Below, piece by piece: positions 20,436-29,022 of a stretch of 64,000 nucleotides of DNA (its first letter is position 1; every line of letters begins with the position of its first letter). The DNA is taken from positions 219,629 to 283,628 of the forward strand of contig JAWKNZ010000006.1 of assembly GCA_041391425.1 (NCBI GenBank), in the 5' to 3' direction. A program made the translations under genes and the position numbers. The DNA is from Bdellovibrionota bacterium (GTDB lineage Bacteria; Bdellovibrionota_B; Oligoflexia; Oligoflexales; JAWKNZ01). The notes under the pieces were generated by a model. It worked only from the letters and a program-made list of their open reading frames with translations. It made no database searches and was not told the origin of the DNA.

Positions 20436-22973
20436 TTGAAACAAAGTTTACAGCAGATCCATATTAAAGGTGCCTGCGAACATAATCTAAAAAATTTAGA
20501 ACTGAGTATAAAGCGTAATCAGATCACTGTTATTACGGGCGTGAGTGGTTCTGGGAAAAGCTCACTTGCGTTTGACACCATTTTGGCCGAGTCTCAACGC
20601 CGTTTTTTTTATACTCTTTCACAATATACACGACAATTTTTAGATTTGGGCTCTCGTCCGGCTGTACGTAGTATTACAGGATTATCACCTGCGATTAGTT
20701 TGCGCCAAAATGAAACCCAACCTTCTAAAAGGGCTAGTGTTGGGACTTTGACTGACTTAGCAGAATTATTAGGGGTACTTTTTTCTAATTTTGGATCTAG
20801 ATTATGTCCTGAGCATATGTTGCTTACCACGTGTAAAAGTAGTGAAGAAATTAGCAAGTCGATTATCCACCAAGCAATAGAAAAAACGATTGCAATTTGC
20901 CTTCCTTTAGCTAAGGAAAAGAAAGGCTCATTTGAGAAATCTTTAAGTGGATATGCTACAAAGGGGTATGTGCGTGCATATATTGATGGTGAGCTGGTTT
21001 CATTAGTGCCAACCCCAAATTAAATAAGAATGAAAAACATACGATAAAAATTATAATTGATTTGATTAAAGTAAAAGATAGTTCCTATCCACGAGTGCAT
21101 AGAGCCATTGAAGCCGTTACCACCCAAGCAGATGGATATGGTGAGTACTTTATTGTAAAAAATAAAAATGAGCTAGATATCCAGTCTGGACAAGTTTTTT
21201 CCAGTCAAGGTGGCTGCCCAGAATGTGGATTTTCTTGGCCGAAGTTAGATCCTAGATATTTTTCCGCAAATTCTATTGGGAAGTGTGAGTTTTGCCAGGG
21301 CATAGGCTATCTTAATGAAGAAGAAAATGTTGAAGTGATTTCCGATACCCTTTGCCTCGAGTGTTGTGGAACGGGGCTATCCTCACAATATACTGCTATA
21401 CATCTGGGTGGAAAGGACCATCAATCTATACATAAGCTTTCACTTGCTGAATTGCATGACTTTGTGTCTGGATTGACGGATATAGATCCATTGAAAAAAA
21501 ATATGGCTTTTATCCGTGTGCAGGAAGAAATTCTACAAAAAATTAGTAGACTTGTTGCAGTTGAGCTAGGATATTTGCAGATTGCAAGGCGAATACATAC
21601 GCTTTCCGGGGGAGAAGCGCAGAGAGTTAGGTTGGCAAATATTTTGTCAGATAGCTTGCGCGGTGTTTTATATATATTGGATGAGCCTAGCCAGGGGTTG
21701 CACCCTAGCGAAGTTGAAAAAATTTGGAAAGCTTTACTCATTCTAAAGGAGAAGGGTAATACTGTTATATTAGTAGATCATGATGAGTACTTTATACGAA
21801 ATGCTGACTGGATTGTTGATCTAGGTCCTGGTGGTGGAGCTGAAGGTGGTTGCATTATGGCTCAGTTTCTCCTCGGAGGCAAAGAAATTTGCAATAAAGT
21901 CTCTAACGGCAAAACACCTTATCAGTAATGAACAAAAAAAGGTAAAGAAGAGCAAAGTTACATCCTTTGATGCTCTAACTGTCGTAGGTGCTAATTTAAA
22001 TTATTTAAATATTGACAGGGTAAGCTTTGTTTTTCGTAGTCTGAATGTTGTCACTGGTGTGTCTGGTGCAGGGAAGTCGTCTCTAGTTCTTAATACTTTG
22101 TATCCTAATCTGAAGATGCAATTAGGGCTAAAAAATAAGCGTTCACGAAATAATTGGTCTCATTGTGAACGGATTGAAGGTTTTAATGATCTTACTTCGA
22201 TAGCAGTTATAGATCGACGGCCGATAGCAAAATCATCTGTTAGTATGCCTGTGACCTATCTTGATGTTTTTACGGATATTCGCAGGTTATATGAAAAATT
22301 ACCTGATAGTCAATTATCGGGGCTTTCCGCTAAATCGTTTTCATTGTTTTCTGAAGGAGGCCGATGCGAAGAGTGTAAAGGTAAGGGGGAGGTAATTCTG
22401 AGTATGAAGTTTCTCTCTGATGCTCGTGTACGGTGTCCTATTTGCTTCGGAGGTCGGTATAAAGAAGAGGTCAATTTAGTGAAATATAATGGTCTATCTA
22501 TTTCTTCTGTATTGGATTTAACTGTAGATCAAGCACTTGATCATTTTCGCCACCATAAGCGTATTTCAAAACGATTAGAATCTGTAGTTGCTTTAGGTTT
22601 AGGGTATTTAAAACTCGGACAAACCAGTGCTAGCTTATCTGGTGGAGAGGCCCAAAGATTAAAGCTGGCGCCATTCTTGAGTAAAAATTGGGAGCCAGGG
22701 AGCGTTCTTGTTATTGATGAACCAACCCAAGGATTGCATTTTGAGGACGTTGAGCGGTTGGTTATGGTTTTTAAGAAAATGGTTGACTCGGGGCTTACTA
22801 TTATCATTATTGAGCATAACCCGGAAGTTATTTGTGCAGCTGATTGGGTTATTGATCTTGGGCCGCTTTCTTGTGCTGGCGGTGGTAAACTTGTTTATCA
22901 AGGGCCAGTAGAGGGGTTGATGAAGGTAAAAAATTCGCCGACTGGTAAATTTTTAGCAAGTCGGCTTGCTTGA
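20436..22973 (+). pseudogene. uvrA: UvrA-like ABC ATPase, broken by two frameshifts into 20436..21023, 21062..21928 and 21831..22973
   Basis: It has two Walker A motifs (GVSGSGKSSLAFDT; GVSGAGKSSLV), two ABC signatures (LSGGEAQR twice) and Zn modules (CPECG, CEECKGKG). Frame junctions are at about 21012-21020 (an A-run) and about 21855-21866 (a T-run). The total of ~846 codons is shorter than canonical UvrA. Confidence 0.8.
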
Positions 22974-23110
22974 AAGTAGTATTTTGGAAGTGGCTTACTT
23001 CTTGGCTCTTGAGTTGGCGTAAAAATAGATTTCGAAACTCAGCTGGCGTTACTCTGTTAACTTTCTTAACGACCTAGCCTTATATTGTATGAGGCCGCCT
23101 TTAAGACTTT

Positions 23111-24454
23111 TTAGCGTATTATGGTTATTTCAACCCTACGATTTTTCTTCCTTCCTTGATAATTGCCATTATCTGCGACAGGCTTAGCTTCTCCGAAGCC
23201 TACAGCTTCTATTCTATTAGGATCAAGTTTAAAAGCTTTAATTAGCAGTTCACGTACTGTATCGGCTCTGCGCTTACTTAAATCTAAATTATAAGTAGCA
23301 CCACCAATAGAATCGGTATGGCCGGCAACAATTATTTTTTTATACTCAGGTGGTTTGCGGATGTGCTCAACTATTTTTGAAATTATTTCGACGCTGCCAG
23401 GTAATATTTTGCTATCGGATGCAAATTCGAAGTGAATACTATGTAAAATAAAAGTTTCTTTAGGGGCCGGAGGAAGTTTGGATTTTTCTGTAATATGTTT
23501 TATTTCGTTGTTTTTTTCTTTGGGTTGTCCGAATGTCGGTCCTATTGCCCAGTTAAATCCGGCAAATAAACGCCAATCTGGCGAAGAAACTCCATGAATG
23601 AGCTCGCTACCTCCACCTACATATGATGAGACTTCCGATGTGATATCATAACGCAGACCCGTGATAATTTCTGCAGAAGAGGCCTGTCGTGATGAGTTTT
23701 TATCAGTATTTGAGTGAGTAGGCCTAGAACCGTAGATCTCCATTAGTAACTTTGTGTCAATTGAAGATAATAGATAACTGATTCCTAATGATGAAATGAT
23801 TTGGTCTTTTGTTGGTTGGATAAAACTATCTGGGGTTGGATCTGATGGTTTGCGCCATCTGTAGCCTATGTTTATAGCCATTGAAGCTCCAAGAATCTTT
23901 GTATCACCTACTAGAAATAGATTGTAAATATTTCCTTGATTTGCACCCATGTATGGATTATTGCGAATTCTATTTTGTACAATGGACCCAGCTAAGGCTA
24001 ATCCAAATTTCTTTTTTGACCACAAATGTGCTTTTGCTGTGTAACGAAAGTGAGTACGGCCGATAACATTGAAGTTACCGCCAATGTCCGGATTGTCTAT
24101 TTTACGCCGACGGATTTCTCCGGCAGAGAACCCTATTTCAAAGTTTTTATATAGGCCTATGCCTAAATTGTACTCTAGTGTAGTGAGTGAATCATTTGCA
24201 TTAAATTTATTTTGGTTTGTTTCCTCATCGATAAATACTGGTAGGCTATTTATTGCATGATTTACTGTAATCCCGAAATTGATGATTCCCGTTTCTAAGG
24301 TTTCAGATGATTCTACTGTCGCATAATCTATTCCATTCGTTGTCGTATTAAAATTTTGCAAATCTGTGCCAACAACATTGGCATTAGAGCTAGTTGCGTT
24401 AACTAAAGTAAATACGGCTAATAGAATATGCATCAAATTACATTTGCTGTTCAT
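23111..24454 (-). CDS. OmpA-family outer membrane protein (N-terminal barrel plus C-terminal OmpA domain)
   Basis: C-terminal GHTDSIGGATYNLDLSKRRADTV...GFGEAKP. The signal peptide is MNSKCNLMHILLAVFTLVNATSSNA. The ORF stays open up to a GTG at 24508. Confidence 0.8.
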   Translation of the reverse strand: MNSKCNLMHILLAVFTLVNATSSNANVVGTDLQNFNTTTNGIDYATVESSETLETGIINFGITVNHAINSLPVFIDEETNQNKFNANDSLTTLEYNLGIGLYKNFEIGFSAGEIRRRKIDNPDIGGNFNVIGRTHFRYTAKAHLWSKKKFGLALAGSIVQNRIRNNPYMGANQGNIYNLFLVGDTKILGASMAINIGYRWRKPSDPTPDSFIQPTKDQIISSLGISYLLSSIDTKLLMEIYGSRPTHSNTDKNSSRQASSAEIITGLRYDITSEVSSYVGGGSELIHGVSSPDWRLFAGFNWAIGPTFGQPKEKNNEIKHITEKSKLPPAPKETFILHSIHFEFASDSKILPGSVEIISKIVEHIRKPPEYKKIIVAGHTDSIGGATYNLDLSKRRADTVRELLIKAFKLDPNRIEAVGFGEAKPVADNGNYQGRKKNRRVEITIIR

Positions 24455-24612
24455 TGATCGTCTTGAACCCTCATGCAATTGGTTACTCTTCTTTTGTTTG
24501 CTTATCACTGCGCTTATTTTTTTCTTATATAGCGCGACTTAGTTCGACTAATTTCTACTGAACTTCTGTCTTTGATAAGTTCCAGCAAAAGCATTTTTAA
24601 AAATTTAAACTA

Positions 24613-24790
24613 GGGCGTGTTGACGTTTCATTTCCTACTACGAGCCAAGCCCTTGAATCACAACGTTGTCAGGGTTTCAAAAATTATCCTCAATGTACAT
24701 CTAGTACACCTCCGGTAATTTTTGAAACCCTTCTAGCTGCGACTTTCAAGTATTTGTCTCTCGCTACGAAAATGAAACGTCAACACGCCC
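24613..24790. mobile_element. MITE family B, copy B2 (178 bp)
   Basis: Same TIRs as B1, flanked by TA/TA. Differs from B1/B3 at only a few positions. Confidence 0.9.
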
Positions 24791-25182
24791 TAATTGTACC
24801 TTATCACCATACGTTGTGGCAAAAATTTTAATGGTGTTGGCCTAAACATTTTAATATCTATTCTTGGTAATGAGAGTAGATGGGTGTTGATCGCACAGCG
24901 TTGCGTCATACTGACGTGTTCGTAAAAATCGTATTATGTCTTATTGACATTAATCAGGCTGCTTAGGCCTAGTCGTATAGAAAAAAATACTTTGCTTAAA
25001 GAATACGCTTTATTTTGTTAAGAAGATTTGGTACTTCGGTGAAGTCAAAAACGCAGTTGCTGTAATGTTTTGACAAAAATTTTTTCTTATTGTGCCTGCT
25101 TTATTATTTGCCGTATCGATGAATTGTATTGAACGCTCACAACTATCCGATTTCTTCAAAATTTAAATTGGAGCTTTATTTT

Positions 25183-25524
25183 ATGCCGCGGATTCACATA
25201 CCAAGTATTGAGGGTTATACTTGCTATCGCAAATATCTTAGCGATATTATTCTTTGCAAGGATATTAAAGATTCACCGATGAGCTATCGATATCTTGCAA
25301 AAAATATAAATTGTAGCCCGTCTTATTTGAATGATGTGGTAAAAGGCAGGACGAATTTAAGACTTGGTAAAGCTATGGCTATTGCAAACTTTTTAAGAAT
25401 GGATGCAGCAACAAAAGCAAAATGGTTATTATTGCTTTTAAAGGAAATTGAAGATGAGGATGTATTTCGTTATTTCGAAGAGCAGCTACAGAATGCAAGT
25501 GCTTTTTTAAGACAGTATGAGTAG
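25183..25524 (+). CDS. short HTH protein resembling the N-terminal half of TIGR02147/DUF4423-type proteins
   Basis: YRKYLSDIIL...MSYRYLAKNINCSPSYLNDVVKGRTNL parallels the N-terminus of the 45716..46567 product (YRRYLESLY...YMQFAEDLGFSATTVIRQIVSKSRPL). The ATG at 25183 has a GGAG upstream. The ORF track starts at a TTG at 25129. Confidence 0.45.
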   Translation: MPRIHIPSIEGYTCYRKYLSDIILCKDIKDSPMSYRYLAKNINCSPSYLNDVVKGRTNLRLGKAMAIANFLRMDAATKAKWLLLLLKEIEDEDVFRYFEEQLQNASAFLRQYE

Positions 25525-25652
25525 AACTTGTAATTGTTTTGTCACAAAGATAATCTCTTATGTCGAGTTATAAATTTATAAGAACGTATTTTTTACAGAA
25601 GTAACTGTAAGGCATACACGCGTTAGCTAGAACACTTTGGTGTGTCTTTTCT

Positions 25653-26303
25653 TTAGATGTCAGGATCTTGCTTTTTAAAAAGATTTTTCTTGATCCATCT
25701 TTTTATTTCACTAGCGATAATTATTTTTTCGGTAAATGGAGTGTTTTCAGGATAATAATAATGCATGGTGTCTTCAATCATACTAAGATCTTCATAACCA
25801 AGACCAAACCTATCTGCACTATATAGTTCATAACTGTAAGCTTCTCGCTCAGCATGACCTGTTCCATCAAAGCCAAGAGAGTCGAGAACCCAAATCATAA
25901 AGAAATTTTGTCTGCCATGGACTTCAATTTCGTGAGCTAATGTCGAACCTAATATCGACCAGTCTGAAAATGCGGCAGATCCAATTTTAACCCAAGCTGT
26001 TTCTGACAATGTGCCTTTGCTGGTAATCCCTCTGTCTTCAATGGTATCGTCGAAATCGGGGCCTAAAATATTTGGCGGTGTTTTTATACCAAACAAAGTC
26101 ATGGCAAAATCAATGCTATCTTGATTAATTCTAGGAGGGGTCTTTGGAATATTAATTTCTACATTATGTATTCTACTAAAAAAATTTTGTTCATTTATAA
26201 GTTGAATTTTTGCCCAAGTTAGACAGAAAATGACTGATGAAAATGCAAAGATTTTAATGGCTATATTGGCATATATGAGAATATTTTTCTCTTGATTTTC
26301 CAC
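25653..26303 (-). CDS. hypothetical membrane-anchored protein
   Basis: One N-terminal TM segment. It has an AHEIEVHG motif (HExxxH, not the canonical HEXXH). No family recognised. Confidence 0.5.
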   Translation of the reverse strand: MENQEKNILIYANIAIKIFAFSSVIFCLTWAKIQLINEQNFFSRIHNVEINIPKTPPRINQDSIDFAMTLFGIKTPPNILGPDFDDTIEDRGITSKGTLSETAWVKIGSAAFSDWSILGSTLAHEIEVHGRQNFFMIWVLDSLGFDGTGHAEREAYSYELYSADRFGLGYEDLSMIEDTMHYYYPENTPFTEKIIIASEIKRWIKKNLFKKQDPDI

Positions 26304-27003
26304 AGTTTTTAACTTTCTTTTCTTAAATAGGTCTATAAATAGTGAATATTAAAATACGACCACTGATGGGTAGGGAAGAAGGTGATCAGTGAAGAATAAT
26401 TTTACATTTGGTTACAAGGTCGAGCCGGTTGCTTATCAGGAAGGAAATGGAAAAGCAATACAACGGGTAAGTCAACATGAGCAGGATTAAGACAATTCGC
26501 AATATAGATTTCAAAATAGCGAAAATGTGATCAACTGACTCGACCTCAGAAGAGGAAGAAGGTCTACTGACCTCCTTGATTATCTATAATGCAGTGTTCG
26601 TGCCAAATGAACGGGCAGCTGTGAATACAGTGAGTTACCCATTAGTGATATCCGCTGTTGCTATTTTCTTAAATAATTATAGTACGTTACTCTTCTTAAA
26701 AACTGTCCAATGAATAGACATATGCCTATGAATTTTCTTAATTATCTTAGCGTAAATGGGTGTTTAGGTAGGCATCTACCTGCGGTGCGTCTTTTTGATC
26801 GTTAATTCCTTTATTATGTCAATTTGTTGGAGGTATTAGCCCAAGGCTTGAAAAGTGTAAATTGTCCTACCATTACGAACGGAAAAATTTGTTTGCCTAA
26901 AAAAGGTTTGTTGAGGTCGAAAACCCTGTGCATAATATTGGAATACTTCTCTGAAATTATTGCTATATTGAGATGTTTACGAACTTTAAACTGGGAGATG
27001 ATT

Positions 27004-28034
27004 ATGCTTTTAGGCTGGATAAAGAATAAGCTTTTGTTGTTGGTGACTATATTTCCTATTTGTGCATGTGCTCCTAAATCTATGGAAACAAAGCTTACGC
27101 AAGATAGTTCTGTTTCTAACTCCACAGGATGTCAAGGTGAACTGCAAGCTGCTGTAGTCAATGAAACACAGCGTATTATGGATGCATATAAGGTGCATGA
27201 TATACTGATAGGTGGTAATGTAAAACCCCCTATAAAGACCGAAGCTTATCCCTCTTTAAGGTGGGGGACAAATCCTGATAGGGCTATAATTCTGCTCCAT
27301 GGGTTTATGGCCTCCCCTGGGAAGTCCGTCAGCTTGCAGATTCTCTGCATGCCGATGGCTATACTACTTATAGCCCTCTGATGTTCGGCTTTGGCTCGAC
27401 CAATAAAATTGCAAATGGAGTAGAGAGTTGGGGAATAGGCCCTTGGAGACAGTCGTTGAAATTGGCGGTTTCGGAGGTTGCGAAATGTTTTAGTTCTGTA
27501 ACGGTCATTGGCTTTTCTTTAGGTGGAGGATTGGTAGCAGAGTATATTTTGTCCAAAGATTTAGATTCAAAAGTTGAATCTGCAGTGCTCTTAGCGCCGT
27601 ATCTTGGCACAGTCGAGAATAGTTTTTTGGCACCAATCGTTTCGGCTCTGGGAGATACAATTGACTTAGATGTTGTTGCCAAACTTGCTAGTAAGGAAGA
27701 TATAAAGGTCTTGGAGTCCCACCCTGAAGCTTATAATGATGCAATTCCAGCTAAAGCAGCGAATCAAGTGGTTAACTTCGGAAAAACCCTAGATAATATG
27801 AAAAGCTCTGAGAAAACAGATTTGCCAGTTAAAGTTATCTATTCAGAAGCAGATAAGACAGTGAATTTGAGCAAGATTGATTCATTTTCGAGGGCGCATT
27901 TTAATAATCTCAGTATAGAATCTATAGAAAAGCAGCATAAGATTCCCCATCAACTGTTAATTAAACACCCAGGAAAAGAGCAGATATACGATGATTTTGT
28001 AGAAGATGTGAAATCCTTTATAGGGAAGCATTAA
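27004..28034 (+). pseudogene. alpha/beta-hydrolase (lipase/esterase-like) lipoprotein, 1-nt frameshift near 27319-27321
   Basis: Lipobox FPICAC, then ILLHGFMASPG. After the shift, (E)VRQLADSLHADGYTTYSPLMFGFGS continues into ORF 27381..28034, which has the nucleophile elbow GFSLGG. The junction is at a GGG run. Confidence 0.7.
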
Positions 28035-28154
28035 TAACCAAATTAGGCACTTATTTAGCGATCAAATTTGAAAATTATCTATATCTTTAAAAACATCGGT
28101 GTTACCCTTATGGAGTTGTTAGATAAAGCTTTTCTGATACTCAGAGTTTTTGTG

Positions 28155-28233
28155 TTGTTTAAGAAAAAATGTTCGCATTATTATGGATGACATAACTGTG
28201 TTATTTCTTTTCTGCTTTATGTTTGTCAGATAG
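28155..28233 (+). repeat. promoter-like repeat module, copy R0 (upstream of 28267 gene)
   Basis: Shares ...AAAAA(G)TGTTC.CATTAT(T)ATGG(A/C)T(G)ACATAACTG...TATGTTTGTC(A/T)GAT... with 28664-28892. Contains TTGTTT-N16-ATTATT. Confidence 0.5.
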
Positions 28234-28266
28234 CTTTACCGATCGTTATACATATAGGAGTTGGCT

Positions 28267-28635
28267 ATGAAAACATTGCGATTTGCACTAATGATGATGC
28301 TTCTTTCCACCTTTTCAACTTTGGCCATGGCTGATTATTATGACTATTATGCTGACGGCGAAGATTATATAGAAAGAGAATGCGAGGTTGCCGTCAAATA
28401 TACGAACTTGCGTTTGATTTTAAACAATGAGGCGCTAAAGATTCGTGGTCCAGCAGGGGTTGATGAGTTTTGTTTAGCACAAGGTTTTGATGATTCACGA
28501 GTACTATATAAGCATCGTAAAAAGATGAAAGATTATCGATGGGACTTTACCAATGGTTATTGGGAAGTTACTTGGGGGCGGCATTATATTAAAATTTTTG
28601 AATGTATAAGCTATTTGTCTGAAAATGGATGTTAG
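28267..28635 (+). CDS. small secreted Cys-containing protein, unknown function
   Basis: AGGAG lies 6 nt before the ATG at 28267. Signal peptide ...STLAMA/DYYDYY. The mature part has 4 Cys. Confidence 0.55.
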   Translation: MKTLRFALMMMLLSTFSTLAMADYYDYYADGEDYIERECEVAVKYTNLRLILNNEALKIRGPAGVDEFCLAQGFDDSRVLYKHRKKMKDYRWDFTNGYWEVTWGRHYIKIFECISYLSENGC

Positions 28636-28637
28636 AA

Positions 28638-28892
28638 GGTGCCTGCCGCAAATGATCTCTTCGTTGCTTCAGACAAAAAGTGTCCTCATTATGGCTACAT
28701 AACTGCGGTACTTTTTTTCTTCGCGCCTTGATATCATTTGCGGCAGGCATCTTCTATGTTTGTCTGCGGCAAATGATCTCTTCGTTGCTTCAGACAAAAA
28801 GTGTTCTCATTATGGCTACATAACTGCGGTACTTTTTTTCTTCGCGCCTTTGTGCCCTTCGTGTTAGATACCTTTATATGTTTGTCTGATGC
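28638..28892 (+). repeat. tandem ~120-bp repeat (2 full units plus the start of a third), with a 16-bp perfect inverted repeat
   Basis: Units are 28642-28729 and 28764-28850, about 97% identical. TATGTTTGTCTG occurs at 28756 and 28877. The inverted repeat is GCCTGCCGCAAATGAT (28641-28656) / ATCATTTGCGGCAGGC (28733-28748). Confidence 0.8.
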
Positions 28893-29022
28893 AGATGGTT
28901 TCGATTTTGCTTTAGAAAAAGGTAGCCATATTTTCGGAATAAATAGTTTCGGTGCTTTTTTGCTTCTTGATTTGCTAGTCAGACAGTTTTTGAAATCGTT
29001 CAAAGAATTGAGATAGTCGATT

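Noticed and set aside
28638-28892. Possible CRISPR-like array
   Set aside because: There are only 2 to 3 long (~120 bp) contiguous units with no unique spacers between them, and no cas genes. It is a tandem repeat, not a CRISPR array.
28734-29016. Two overlapping ORFs (28734..29003 minus, 28801..29016 plus) upstream of the SNF2 gene
   Set aside because: Both are read through the tandem repeat units. Neither frame is preserved across both near-identical units (the minus-strand frame hits stops in the first unit), and there is no SD. They are more likely non-coding repeat DNA.
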